DNA of 64,000 nucleotides, taken from positions 24,577-88,576 of the IMG/VR virus record IMGVR_UViG_2939311655_000001; one strand, given 5' to 3'. The notes under the pieces were generated by a model, which saw nothing but the letters and a program-made list of their open reading frames with translations, did not search any database and was not told the DNA's origin. This DNA comes from a virus (lineage: Duplodnaviria > Caudoviricetes). A program made the position numbers and the translations under genes. Shown here one piece after another: positions 44,891-54,321 of this stretch (its first letter is position 1; each line of letters begins with the position of its first letter).

Positions 44891-45181
44891 TCACGCCGCC
44901 TCCGCCATCGGCTTCCGTGACTCCGCGAGTGCGGCCAGGAGTGCCTGCCTGTTTGCCGCGGCCTGTGCCGGCGAGGTGCACACCCGGGCGGGTCTGTCGC
45001 TCAACACCCGCCCTGTTGGCACCGCTTCGGCAAACAGCAGCCCCAATCGGTCCGCAGGCGGAAGGCGAAGCGCTCGTCGCACGCTGCCAACGGTGTCGCG
45101 GTGGCAGTGGAGGCGGTGAGCGATGGACGTGTCGGTGTGGCCCTCACGGATCAGGGCGGCGATGTCGGCTCGAACTTTCAT
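44891..45181 (-). CDS. HTH protein
   Basis: [30 protein letters not shown]. Confidence 0.65.
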   Translation of the reverse strand: MKVRADIAALIREGHTDTSIAHRLHCHRDTVGSVRRALRLPPADRLGLLFAEAVPTGRVLSDRPARVCTSPAQAAANRQALLAALAESRKPMAEAA

Positions 45182-45498
45182 GCCGCGCTCCTGTCGGCGT
45201 CGGCGTACCGGGCGGCGTGGACCGAACCGTTGCCCAGGGCCCGGCCGTTCGTGTGGCAGGGCACCGTCGGCTCGACCTGGCAGGTGGGGCAGCAGGCGAC
45301 CATCTGGGCGCGGGCCGCGATTCGCTGCTGGTGCACGTTCGCCAACGCCACACCCCGGGACGGGATCCGGCACGGCTTGTGGGGGGCGGCCCCGCAGTGC
45401 GGGCAAGCAATGGCGCGGGCGGGGTGCTGGCCGGCCCGCATGAAGTGGCGGATCGAGTCAGGCATCGGGGCGGTCTGTCCGTAGCGTCGGGTCGTCAT
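45178..45498 (-). CDS. Double zinc-finger protein
   Basis: CPHC.A....PC......H..R pattern twice. Confidence 0.7.
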   Translation of the reverse strand: MTTRRYGQTAPMPDSIRHFMRAGQHPARAIACPHCGAAPHKPCRIPSRGVALANVHQQRIAARAQMVACCPTCQVEPTVPCHTNGRALGNGSVHAARYADADRSAA

Positions 45499-45803
45499 CA
45501 GGTCTCCTTCGTGGTGGTCGGGCAGCTGCCGCAGTGGCATGGGTCGTTGTCGTGGCCGTAACCGGTCCGGTAGCGGTCGAGGGCGTACAGCCAGTCCGCA
45601 TCGGTGTGACGTCTCGGTGGCGGGTCCGGCGGTCTCGTCCCGGCCGGCCAGGCGCCGGGCATGTGGCCGGGCGGGGGCGGGGGCTTCACCGCGGGCGGTG
45701 CGGTCTTGCGGTCCTGGCCGGCTCGGAGCTGGTCACGCATGAAGCCGCGGAGGTCGCCCTCCCGTCGCATTGCCGCAATGTCGGCCTCGTCGAAGTCCGT
45801 CAC
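45498..45803 (-). CDS. Hypothetical protein
   Basis: DIAAMRREGDL..FM...PGAWPAGT; coupled to the replication genes. Confidence 0.65.
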   Translation of the reverse strand: MTDFDEADIAAMRREGDLRGFMRDQLRAGQDRKTAPPAVKPPPPPGHMPGAWPAGTRPPDPPPRRHTDADWLYALDRYRTGYGHDNDPCHCGSCPTTTKET

Positions 45804-46483
45804 GACGCCTCCTCGTCCGGCGTCTCGTTGGCGGCAAGCCGCTCAAGGTGAGCCAGGGATGCCGCGCGCCGCTGCTCGATCAGCTGCGGGGACTCAAGCT
45901 CCGCCGGACCTCCCAGGGCGACGCGGGACCTCGCAGCGTGTGGAGTGCGAAGCTCGCGTGGCGGCCGGTTTCCGGGGACGCTCGCCCGGCACGGTCGCCC
46001 CATCGGGGCCTGACACGACGGGCATTCGACTCCGAGGGGTCCCGGTCGCCGAACTTCAGCAATCTCCTCTGCGGCGTCCTCGTCCGGGATGCGGCCGAAG
46101 CTGCTGGCGACGCCGGCGATGAGCTCGGCGACGGGGCGCCGCTTCAGCTGTTCGCCGTCGGCGGCCCGGGTCCGCTGGGTGCGGAGGGCTGCGAGGTAGG
46201 CCGGGATGTCGTCGGGGTCCGCGTCGGGGACTTCGGCGGGAAGGCCGGGCCCCTGAAAGCTGTCGGCTTTGGCGTCTCGCTGCTTGCGGATCTCGGCGAT
46301 GATCTCTGCCGGGCTGACGAACGGCTGCTTCTTGGCGACAGCCGCCGCGGCGGTTCGGGCTGTTGCGAGGGGCCAGTCACCAAGGACGTCGTGCCAGGCG
46401 TCGGGGGTGTACTCGTCGAACTTCTGCTGGGGGCACAGGGCTCGCACGTAGCGGGCGAGCACCACGGTTTCGTCGGGGGTCAC
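45800..46483 (-). CDS. Putative helicase loader / replication accessory protein
   Basis: MTPDET..L...V.A.CPQQKFDEYTPDAWHDVL (G39P-like N-terminus) plus zinc finger; follows the initiator. Confidence 0.65.
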   Translation of the reverse strand: MTPDETVVLARYVRALCPQQKFDEYTPDAWHDVLGDWPLATARTAAAAVAKKQPFVSPAEIIAEIRKQRDAKADSFQGPGLPAEVPDADPDDIPAYLAALRTQRTRAADGEQLKRRPVAELIAGVASSFGRIPDEDAAEEIAEVRRPGPLGVECPSCQAPMGRPCRASVPGNRPPRELRTPHAARSRVALGGPAELESPQLIEQRRAASLAHLERLAANETPDEEAS

Positions 46484-47430
46484 TGGTCCTCCTGCATGCG
46501 GGTCTTGGCGCGCTGCATGGCACGGTCGAAGAGGTCGTTCGTTTCCTGCTGCTGGCGGCTGGCGATGGGACCGCTACCGACGGCGGCGGGGAGGTAGCTG
46601 ACTCCGGGCTCGTCGGGTGCGGGCTCGAGGGATCGCCACCCCTGGACCCAGGCGGATGCGCCGGCGGGAAGGCCCTTGAGCCGGGCGGAGCTAGCGGCGT
46701 AGGCGACCATCGCTGGGACGCCGACGCGGGTCATTGCTTGCCGGGTGTACTCCCAGCCGGATTCGCGGAGGTCCCAGGCGACTCCGGTCAGGCCAGCTGC
46801 GGCGATGCCGCGCTTGAGTTCGGCGAGCTGGTCGGGGAGTCCGGAGCGCTCGCCGTCTGCTGCAGCACCAGTACTTCCGTAGGAAGTACTGGGGTTAGGA
46901 ACAGGAGCGGCACCGGCATGGATACCCGTGACGTTTTCGTCACGGCGTGACGTGTACCCCTGACCTGCACTGGAGCCCGGAAACTCGGTTTTTTCTGAGG
47001 CACTTTCACTTTTTTTCGAGGACGAATCGTCGGCGAATCGATCCGTTTTCGAAGAGCTTTCGTCTGCAAAACCTCGAGATTCTCGGTGCTTCGCCTGCCT
47101 GTCCCGGGCCTTCTTGCGCTCGGCGTCGTACTTCGCACGGGAGGTGTTGCGCCCGTCCTCGAGGAAGTCATGGATCACGTAGTCGCCGTCCAGTGGATCG
47201 GCGCACCGGTCGCAGCCGTGCCCGTGGTCGTGCCACAGGCCGGCCTTCACGAGCTTCTTGGCCTGCGGGACGGTGCCGTACAACTGCGCGACGACGCCCG
47301 GCACGATGCCCTCGGTCAGGTGCTGTGCTGCGTAGGAGCCACAGCGCAGCCACAGGCCGAGGGCCGCATTCCCGGCCCGCATGAACTTGGGGTGGGAATG
47401 CGCCTTGTCGTCGACCTTGAACCAAGGCAT
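46480..47430 (-). CDS. Phage replication initiator
   Basis: MPWFKVDD..HSHPK...GNAALGLW...GSY....LTEG.VP....LV..GLW....Y.IHDF; central region with A/T tracts and imperfect repeats. Confidence 0.8.
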   Translation of the reverse strand: MPWFKVDDKAHSHPKFMRAGNAALGLWLRCGSYAAQHLTEGIVPGVVAQLYGTVPQAKKLVKAGLWHDHGHGCDRCADPLDGDYVIHDFLEDGRNTSRAKYDAERKKARDRQAKHRESRGFADESSSKTDRFADDSSSKKSESASEKTEFPGSSAGQGYTSRRDENVTGIHAGAAPVPNPSTSYGSTGAAADGERSGLPDQLAELKRGIAAAGLTGVAWDLRESGWEYTRQAMTRVGVPAMVAYAASSARLKGLPAGASAWVQGWRSLEPAPDEPGVSYLPAAVGSGPIASRQQQETNDLFDRAMQRAKTRMQEDQ

Positions 47431-47519
47431 CAGGACTTCCTTCGGGCAGTACGGATAAGGGCGTGCTGTCGGTGTGGTGCGCCCGGGTCAGGTGGGGGCT
47501 GGGGGCAGGCGGTGGGGGG

Positions 47520-49262
47520 TCACGCGGCGGCCTGGAGGTCGGTCGTGGTGCCGCAGTCCTGCGGCGTGTGGATCAGGGCCCGGAGGCGGGTGCCGATCCA
47601 TTCGCCGACCTGCGGGCTTACGGCGTTGCCGAAGCCGTCCACCTGGTTGCGGGCGGAGCCCCAGACGGTGAAGGTGCCGCGGTAGTCGTTGAAGTCGACG
47701 TCGAAGCCGCAGCCACGGCCGATCTCGTGCGCGGCCATCATTCGGTAGAAGCAGTCCTCAAGGGGCAGTTCGGCGAGCGAGGCCTGCCACTGGGCCATGA
47801 GGAGCGCGGTCGTATCGTGCGCAGTGAGGGTGCCGAGCGGGTCCGTGACCGGGTGAGGTGCGGTTCCGTGCCCCGAGGTCGTTCCGTTCTGCTTGTACCA
47901 GCCGGCGGCCGTCAGGACCGCCGGGATCTGCTCCGAGGTGAAGGTCGGCATCGCCTCGCTGTGCACGGTCGGCAGGGTGTTCTTTCGGTACGGGAGGACG
48001 CCGGAGGAAAGCATGGCGAGGGTCTCCGACCCGACCTGGGTGGGGAGAGGGTCGCCAGCGCCCCGCGCGGCGCCCTGGAAGTTGTCGACCGCGAGCGCCA
48101 TCGTCGGTACCGCTTTCGGAGCCCAGAGCGGCTGAATGACTGGGCCGGTCGACAGGATTGCGGTCTCCTGCTGGCTGGTCTGCGTCGCCATCGGCTGCAT
48201 CAGGAGACGCTCTGATCCGTGCACGCCCTTCGCGGGCATGAGGATTGCGGGGAAGTCGGCGAACCGCTGGCGGCAGCGTTCCGCGCGTGCCATCGACGAC
48301 CGTGCGAGCGGTCCGACGAACCCGTCCTTGAACGTCTTGACCGGCTTGTCGCCGATGCGTGTGCCGAGGTCGGTGAGGTCGAGCGCGGCCAGCGACGGAG
48401 TCATCGGCGGAACGATCGGGCGACGGCAGGAGGGGCACCGGTACTCGTACTGCTTGCCGTACATCACCGTCCCGGTCGCAGGGATGCCGGTTTTCCACGT
48501 CCACACCGCTTCGACGTCCCGGTCGCAGCGTCCACAGCGGGATACGGGGCGGTGCTCCAGGTCGGGCATCGGCAGGGACTTGTCGACGAAGACCCAGTAG
48601 CCGCGGTCCCTGGACTGCGGAACCCCGAAGAACTGGCTGTTCAGGTACAGCACCTTGGGCGGGTGGTAGTTGAGCAGTTCGAACTGCTTGGTCCACCACC
48701 GGTACGTCGATCCGTCCCCGACCTTCGGCCGGCCCGGCAGTGCAGGCCCCCAGGAGGTGAGCTGGGTGGTGCACTCGACGAGGATGAGCCGCGGGTGGTG
48801 TGTCTGGGCGTAGTGGAGCACGCAGTTCGCGGTGGCCCGGTCCCGCTCGGACTTGGTGACGCGCGCGTCGTAGTCGGGGTCCTCCAACTCGAACAGGGTC
48901 CCGCCCTGCTCGTAGGCCTTGACCGTGTTGGCGAGCGAGTGATTCACGCAGCTGACGCCAGCGACCAAGAGGTCTGCGGCGGGGAGGTCGCGGGCGGAGT
49001 GATAGTCCGCCGCCTCGGGGTCGGCCAGGTCGGCGATCCAGTGCTCGGCGTCCGGGTGGTTCGCCTCGTGGACCTCGACCTTGTAGCTGTTGTGGTTCGC
49101 GGCCATGATCGTGGTGAATCCGGCGCGCTTGATGCCATCGGTGAGTCCCCCGAAGCCGGAGAACAGGTCGACGGCGATGTACTCGTCGTGCCGGAAGTGG
49201 CGACGGCGGGTGGCCGGACGATGCGTGGCCGTGCGGGGCAACTTCTTGGACGGTGCGGCCAT
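47520..49262 (-). CDS. DNA (cytosine-5) methyltransferase, orphan
   Basis: DLFSGFGG (motif I), AANH, GVSC (IV), VEC (VI), PQSRDR (VIII), YRM...EI (IX), GNAVSP (X). Confidence 0.88.
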   Translation of the reverse strand: MAAPSKKLPRTATHRPATRRRHFRHDEYIAVDLFSGFGGLTDGIKRAGFTTIMAANHNSYKVEVHEANHPDAEHWIADLADPEAADYHSARDLPAADLLVAGVSCVNHSLANTVKAYEQGGTLFELEDPDYDARVTKSERDRATANCVLHYAQTHHPRLILVECTTQLTSWGPALPGRPKVGDGSTYRWWTKQFELLNYHPPKVLYLNSQFFGVPQSRDRGYWVFVDKSLPMPDLEHRPVSRCGRCDRDVEAVWTWKTGIPATGTVMYGKQYEYRCPSCRRPIVPPMTPSLAALDLTDLGTRIGDKPVKTFKDGFVGPLARSSMARAERCRQRFADFPAILMPAKGVHGSERLLMQPMATQTSQQETAILSTGPVIQPLWAPKAVPTMALAVDNFQGAARGAGDPLPTQVGSETLAMLSSGVLPYRKNTLPTVHSEAMPTFTSEQIPAVLTAAGWYKQNGTTSGHGTAPHPVTDPLGTLTAHDTTALLMAQWQASLAELPLEDCFYRMMAAHEIGRGCGFDVDFNDYRGTFTVWGSARNQVDGFGNAVSPQVGEWIGTRLRALIHTPQDCGTTTDLQAAA

Positions 49263-49363
49263 CAGACGGCCTCCTTGGTGTGGCGGTTGGTGACTGCCGA
49301 GTGGGCGCACGGAACCAGGGCCCCACGGTTCGGGTTGTCTTTCGAAGTGCTGGCGTTCCGTTG

Positions 49364-49429
49364 ATAGCCAACATACACTTGGACACATGAATGTTGGCTA
49401 TGGTTGTGCAACTGGATGTGGACACATCC
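49364..49429. promoter_or_regulatory. Inverted-repeat operators at divergent promoters
   Basis: ATAGCCAACAT 49364-49374 / ATGTTGGCTAT 49391-49401; palindrome GGATGTG-GA-CACATCC at 49414-49429. Confidence 0.55.
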
Positions 49430-49447
49430 CTGTGGGACCATGCCGCC

Positions 49448-49732
49448 ATGACCGAGGAGGAAGTCGTGACCCGCCTGAAGCAGGCCGCCGCCGCGAAGAA
49501 GGCCGCGGACGAACGCGCAAAAGAGCTGACCAAAGAGGCCGGCGACGCGTTCGAGATCGTCGTCGTCGAAGCGCTGACCGGCGGAATGAAGCCAGCCAAG
49601 GTCGCCACGCTGACCGGCTACAGCTACGAGACGATCCGCCGGATCGCACGCGCCAAGAACCTTGACCGCCTGCGCGAGCCGACCGTCACCAGCAGGAAGA
49701 AAGCCCAGTCGGGGGGCGACTCCCCGGCCTGA
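49448..49732 (+). CDS. Small HTH regulator
   Basis: GMKPAKVATLTGYSYETIRRIAR. Confidence 0.75.
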   Translation: MTEEEVVTRLKQAAAAKKAADERAKELTKEAGDAFEIVVVEALTGGMKPAKVATLTGYSYETIRRIARAKNLDRLREPTVTSRKKAQSGGDSPA

Positions 49733-49747
49733 CCGAGGAGTGACCAT

Positions 49748-50221
49748 GTGCCTGACATCGAGACGCAGCAGACCGCCGTCTACCGCCCCTACGTTGCTGA
49801 CGGCCAGCTGGTTTATATCGGCATGACCAACAACACTGAGGTGCGCTTCAAGTGGCACTCGCAGTTCAGTTGGTGGCACCGGGTGGCCCGGAAGGATGTT
49901 GAGTGGCATGCGGACCGCGGAACGGCGCGTCTTGCCGAGGCCAAGGCCATTCAGGAGGAGGGCCCGATCCTCAACTCCATGCATGCAGCGGCCGGGCCGC
50001 ACGACACTCCGCTCCGTGACGCGCGACCTCGTCTTGCGAAGATCATTGACCAGGTGCGCACGCTGCACGAGCCCCGCTGGCTGACCAACTTCGGCCGCCG
50101 TTCTGTGGCCATCGTGCATCCCCAGTTTTGCGAGGAGGCGGTGCGGAACGAGCGCATCGTCAACGCTTTGCGCGAGGTCGATCCGCTGCTCTACGACCGC
50201 CTGGCCGCCGACTCCGACTGA
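49748..50221 (+). CDS. GIY-YIG domain fused to Phd/YefM-like domain
   Basis: TAVYR....GQLVYIGMT....RF..H....W...A..AE..AI..E.P..N, then LRDARPRLAKIIDQV....EP..LT..GR...AIV. Confidence 0.7.
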   Translation: MPDIETQQTAVYRPYVADGQLVYIGMTNNTEVRFKWHSQFSWWHRVARKDVEWHADRGTARLAEAKAIQEEGPILNSMHAAAGPHDTPLRDARPRLAKIIDQVRTLHEPRWLTNFGRRSVAIVHPQFCEEAVRNERIVNALREVDPLLYDRLAADSD

Positions 50222-50313
50222 CACCACGTCCCCTCCTTCCTCCCCCGCCGTGTGCGGGTTTTCGTCGTGCGTGTACGCCTCATGGCGGGCCACCTGTTGG
50301 TGGCCCGCCGTTG

Positions 50314-50553
50314 TCATGCGGCTTCCTGTTCGGCGCGCCGTGCCCGGATGAGCCGGCGGAGGTCTTTCTGGCCGAGCCCGCCCCAGACGCCCCAGCGCTC
50401 GCCGGCGTCGACCGCGTAGTTGAGGCATTGGGGGCGCACCTCGCATGACATGCAGGTGGCCTTCGCGTCCTTCGCGGATCCGCCCACCTCGGGCATGAAC
50501 AGCTCCGGGTCGACCTGCCGGCACAGCGCCTCTTCATGCCAGTCGGTGCTCAT
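50314..50553 (-). CDS. whiB: WhiB-family transcription factor
   Basis: W...ALC.QVDPELF.P.......AK..C..C.VR.QCL.YA......GVWGG; four Cys plus GVWGG. Confidence 0.93.
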   Translation of the reverse strand: MSTDWHEEALCRQVDPELFMPEVGGSAKDAKATCMSCEVRPQCLNYAVDAGERWGVWGGLGQKDLRRLIRARRAEQEAA

Positions 50554-51398
50554 GCCGCCGCCCTTGGGGCGTACTGCGGGTGCTGGCGAAAGGCGTGGTC
50601 GATGTACGACTTGTCGACGCAGAGGCGTTGCGCCGCGGCCTCCTTGTTGAGCCCGTTGGTGGTCATGAGCCAGTGGGCGTCCTGAGCAACGATTTCCCGT
50701 CGGGTGACGCGGTACATCGGTTCGAAGTGCTCGTCGTCGATGGCGCCGACCTCGTCCCAGTACTTCGGCGGAGGCCAGCGCCGGTCAGCGGCCTGCTGCT
50801 TTGCGCGCTTGATGCTGGTCGCGGAGACGCCGTGGCGGGCTGGGCGTTGATGCCGCATCTCGTCGTAGGTGGCGGCGATTCTCTGGGCCGTGGTGGCCTT
50901 CATCCGGGACGCCTGGAAGATTGAGGTGCGGTTCGAGGGGTGGATACCGGCCCGCCGGGCGACGTGGATGGTTGGCCAGCCGATTGTTACGAGGGCCTGG
51001 AAGCGGCGTTCGCTACCGATCGGGTGGACGAGTCCCGGGGTGTGGTCCTCAGTGTTGATCGCGAGGATCTTCGCTGCGACTTCGCGGGTGACGCGGTAGC
51101 GGCGGGGGGCGGCATTTCCGTAGTCGTGCTGGGTGAAGCCGCGGACGGCTTTGTATGTGAGGCCGGTGAGAGCGGCGACCCGGTAGATGGTTATGCCTTC
51201 GGCGTGCAGCCTGAGGAGGTGTCGGCGAACGGGTTCGGCATCCAGGAGTGGCTGCCAGGTTCCGTTGGCGATGGCTCGTTCGCGGTCGCGGCCCCAGGCG
51301 TTGTATCGGTCGACGCACTTCGGGAGCCGGCATTTGTAGTCGGTGTAGCAGGTCAGCTTGTCGTGGTTGGGTGCTTCCTTGCGGACTTGGGTGTTCAT
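50550..51398 (-). CDS. Conserved actinophage DNA-binding protein (Zn motif plus HTHs)
   Basis: H...CY...CR...C, DAEPVRRHL..L, RRFQALVTIGW, WPPP..WD. Confidence 0.75.
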   Translation of the reverse strand: MNTQVRKEAPNHDKLTCYTDYKCRLPKCVDRYNAWGRDRERAIANGTWQPLLDAEPVRRHLLRLHAEGITIYRVAALTGLTYKAVRGFTQHDYGNAAPRRYRVTREVAAKILAINTEDHTPGLVHPIGSERRFQALVTIGWPTIHVARRAGIHPSNRTSIFQASRMKATTAQRIAATYDEMRHQRPARHGVSATSIKRAKQQAADRRWPPPKYWDEVGAIDDEHFEPMYRVTRREIVAQDAHWLMTTNGLNKEAAAQRLCVDKSYIDHAFRQHPQYAPRAAA

Positions 51399-51724
51399 CG
51401 GCCCTCCTCCTGGGCGTGGTTGGGTTCGGTGGCGTAGTGGTTTTCGAGTCGGGCGGTGACGAGGTTCTCGGGCATGGCCATGACGGCGTCGGCCCGGTCG
51501 GCGACGCGGTGGAGGCGGGCAGCGGTGGCGGCGTACCGCCGGTTGTCGGCCCGGTCACGGACGCGTTCGGCGATGCGGCGGGCCCCATACCAGGCGGTGG
51601 CCCCGACCGCGGTGAGGAGCATGCCGGGCCCGTAGTAGAGGCCGCCGTTGATGAGGCGGTCGACGGCGGTGTGGTTGGCGGTCAGGGCGTGGCCGGCGGC
51701 GAGGAGTGCGTCGAGGTTCGTCAT
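51395..51724 (-). CDS. Small membrane protein
   Basis: One hydrophobic helix; ATGA-coupled. Confidence 0.55.
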   Translation of the reverse strand: MTNLDALLAAGHALTANHTAVDRLINGGLYYGPGMLLTAVGATAWYGARRIAERVRDRADNRRYAATAARLHRVADRADAVMAMPENLVTARLENHYATEPNHAQEEGR

Positions 51725-52089
51725 GCCGCCCTCCCCTGTGCTCGGGCGGTGCGTTCGGCGGCGATGGCGAGTCCTCGGGCGGACAGCTGCCAAACGGCGA
51801 GTCGGTGTCCGTGGGTGGCGGGTGAGGTGGAGGGGACGGAGTTGCCGGTGTGCTCGATGACCCCGCCGGACCGCAGTGCGTTGATCGCGGCGCCGAGGAA
51901 GCCGTGACCCATCTCGGGGAGGACATTCCGAAGGTCGTTCGCCGTGAACTCGCCCTTTGCCCGGCCGAACGCGAGGCAGGCCTGCTCGACAAGGAACTGG
52001 TCCCAGGACGACTGGGCGGCTATGTCGGTGAGGAGGAGGTCACGGTCGGCGGCGGCGTGACGTTCGGCGACAGACAGGCGACGGGTCAT
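51721..52089 (-). CDS. Winged-helix-like hypothetical protein
   Basis: FTANDLR..LP......GA....L...G.I..TG..VPS....THG.....W. Confidence 0.65.
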   Translation of the reverse strand: MTRRLSVAERHAAADRDLLLTDIAAQSSWDQFLVEQACLAFGRAKGEFTANDLRNVLPEMGHGFLGAAINALRSGGVIEHTGNSVPSTSPATHGHRLAVWQLSARGLAIAAERTARAQGRAA

Positions 52090-52388
52090 CGGAGTACCTC
52101 TTGTCCGCAGGTGGGGCAGGTAGGGGTGGGGTGCTCGGCGGCGAAGAGGTCGTCGAAAGTCACGGTGAACATGCGGCTAAGTGCGGCCACCTCGTTCGCG
52201 GTCCAGCTCCGACCGCGGCTGTGCGTTTCGGCGGCCGACCAACTGGCCTTCGACCAGGGCGTACCGGTGAGCTTTTCGAGCCGGCGGCCAGCTTCTTCCT
52301 GGGTCCAGCCGTGGGCGAGGCGGAGGCGGCGGACGTTCCAGCTGACGACTGCGGACGCATCGGGAGCGGACTGGCCGGTGGCGGTCAT
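52086..52388 (-). CDS. XRE-family HTH protein
   Basis: NVRRLRLAHGWTQEEAGRRL......WSKASWSAAE. Confidence 0.8.
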   Translation of the reverse strand: MTATGQSAPDASAVVSWNVRRLRLAHGWTQEEAGRRLEKLTGTPWSKASWSAAETHSRGRSWTANEVAALSRMFTVTFDDLFAAEHPTPTCPTCGQEVLR

Positions 52389-53272
52389 GCCGCGTTCCCG
52401 AGACTGGTCTGGATGTCGTAGTGCCTGCCAACTTCGGCCCACGCTTTGTCGAAGAGGTCGATGTCCCGGTGCGTGTAGACGGCGACCTTGCGGTGCACTC
52501 CGTGGATGGGGCGGTCGATCTTCTGCGGGTCCTTGCCGTAGCGGGCCCGATACAGGGCCGCCACGGTCTTGCCCATGCGGGTGCGAGCCGACTGCATGTC
52601 TGCAGCCGCAACGCCCTTCTCCGCCAGGTACTCGTCGCAGGTGATCGTGATGTCCGCCGGGTCGACCTCGGGCTCCTCGCCGAGCATCCGCGCAGCAATG
52701 TGCCGGCTGATCGATCGGGCGTAGGAACTGTTGCCCTCGATCCGGGCGAGAACTTCGATCGCCCGCAGCTGAGCTTCCGCCTCCGCGGCCTTCTCGATTG
52801 CCGTGGCCTTCTGCTCCGGGGTCGCCTGCTCCTCGACCTCCAGCAGGTAGGTGCGGACCTGGCGGGCTGTTTCCGACTCGGTGAGGAGTTGGCCGACGTT
52901 GAGGATGGCCCGGCGGGAGAAGACGGCAAGGCTCCGGGCCTTCGGGCTGAGTCCCAGTTTTGCGACTCCACCCAACGGAGTCGCAAACTCGCGCAGCTCC
53001 GAACCCTTCAGAACGCGGCGGCCGTTACCCTCCAGCTCCGCGCGGTTGGCGGCGGCGAGGCTGTCGAGCGTCGATACGGTCACCTCGTAGTAGGAGGCCA
53101 CCATCTCTGTCGTCGCGTGCACGCCGTCAGGGAGCAGCGCGAGCGCCTTGACCCTGTCCAGAACGTCGACGCGGCCGATCGTCTGCGCCCGCATCGTTCG
53201 GGACTCGGTGAGCACCATGTCCGCGGCGTTGTCCGGCTCGTCGGGGTCGGTGGTGGCGGCGAGGGTCTTCAC
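52385..53272 (-). CDS. Antirepressor-like DNA-binding protein
   Basis: N-domain VLDRVKAL.LLPDG.HATTEMVA.YYEV...FSRRAILNVG.LLTES.TARQVRTYLL; C-domain shared with 59812..60651. Confidence 0.7.
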   Translation of the reverse strand: MKTLAATTDPDEPDNAADMVLTESRTMRAQTIGRVDVLDRVKALALLPDGVHATTEMVASYYEVTVSTLDSLAAANRAELEGNGRRVLKGSELREFATPLGGVAKLGLSPKARSLAVFSRRAILNVGQLLTESETARQVRTYLLEVEEQATPEQKATAIEKAAEAEAQLRAIEVLARIEGNSSYARSISRHIAARMLGEEPEVDPADITITCDEYLAEKGVAAADMQSARTRMGKTVAALYRARYGKDPQKIDRPIHGVHRKVAVYTHRDIDLFDKAWAEVGRHYDIQTSLGNAA

Positions 53273-53352
53273 GGTTTCCTCCTGGCGTGTGGTGTGCTTG
53301 AAGGTGGGGCCGCCGCAGATTCGGGCCGCGGCGGCCCCGGAACAGAGATGAG

Positions 53353-54312
53353 CTACGCGGCGGCAGCGGCCTTGAGCGCGGTGCCGCGTTCCTTGATGCG
53401 GTCGCCGAGGCTGATCGGCTTGCCGGTGTCCGGGTGGAGCAGCGGGGTGGCCAGAGCGCTGGCGGCTTCGACCTCGCGGTAGAGGGCGAGGAGACTGTCC
53501 GGGGTGGCTTCCGGGGAGTTCGCGGCGTCGATCCACACGACCGGGTCGATGGGCTTCGCGCCGTCGCGCAGCCAGTCCAGGTACGGCTTCGCGATATCCC
53601 GGGCGCCGTCGGGGCGGTCGAACTCCCGGCCCCTGAAAGCGGGGCAGCGGGACTTGATGAACCGAAGCTGGTTGCTCGCGTCCATCTCGGCGGCCACGCC
53701 GAACTCGAACTCGATACCGCGGCGCTGCTCGACCCGGGTGCCCTTGTTTGCTGGCTGGCCCCGCTCCAGAACCCAGTCGGTGTAGGACCGCATCGTCACG
53801 ACGACGTGCCCGGGGTAGGACATGAGCGCCTCGATCATGCCGTTCTGGATCGGGGTGCCGTCTTTCCAGCCGGCGAACTTGTTGCCGCCGTACTTCGACT
53901 TGGCGTTCTCGACCTGGTCGAGGGTTCCGTCCGTACCGGACCAGAAGTGGCTGAGGCTGTCGACCATGACGACCGGGTAGCGGCGCTGCGCTGCGGCGGC
54001 GAGGGCCTTCTGGAGGTCTCGGGGGTCGTAGCGGTGCATGGGCAGGGTGTCGAAGCTGGCGCTGAGGTCGTTGACGTAGAGGGCGGCGGCGCCGCGCTCG
54101 GTGTCAATGACGGCGAACCGTTGGCCTTCGGCGAGGCCGCTGGCGACGCAGAGGCCGGTCCACGTCTTGCCGGAGCCGGACGGTCCCTGGATGGCGACGC
54201 TGGCGTTGTGGCCGTCCTTGGTGGCGGGCCGGAAGGTGAAGGGGCCGTCGTCGTACTCGCTGGTGGTATCGGCCTGCGGGCGGCCGATGCGGCTGGGTGC
54301 GGGAAGGGGCAT
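53353..54312 (-). CDS. Sak4-like AAA ATPase (single-strand annealing recombinase)
   Basis: GPSGSGKT, VIDTE.G, MVDSLSHFW...G, VVVTMR, IEFEF; adjacent to exonuclease. Confidence 0.85.
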   Translation of the reverse strand: MPLPAPSRIGRPQADTTSEYDDGPFTFRPATKDGHNASVAIQGPSGSGKTWTGLCVASGLAEGQRFAVIDTERGAAALYVNDLSASFDTLPMHRYDPRDLQKALAAAAQRRYPVVMVDSLSHFWSGTDGTLDQVENAKSKYGGNKFAGWKDGTPIQNGMIEALMSYPGHVVVTMRSYTDWVLERGQPANKGTRVEQRRGIEFEFGVAAEMDASNQLRFIKSRCPAFRGREFDRPDGARDIAKPYLDWLRDGAKPIDPVVWIDAANSPEATPDSLLALYREVEAASALATPLLHPDTGKPISLGDRIKERGTALKAAAAA

Positions 54313-54321
54313 GGTGTTCTC

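Noticed and set aside
50314-50553. WhiB as a novelty
   Set aside because: WhiB genes are common in actinobacteriophages.
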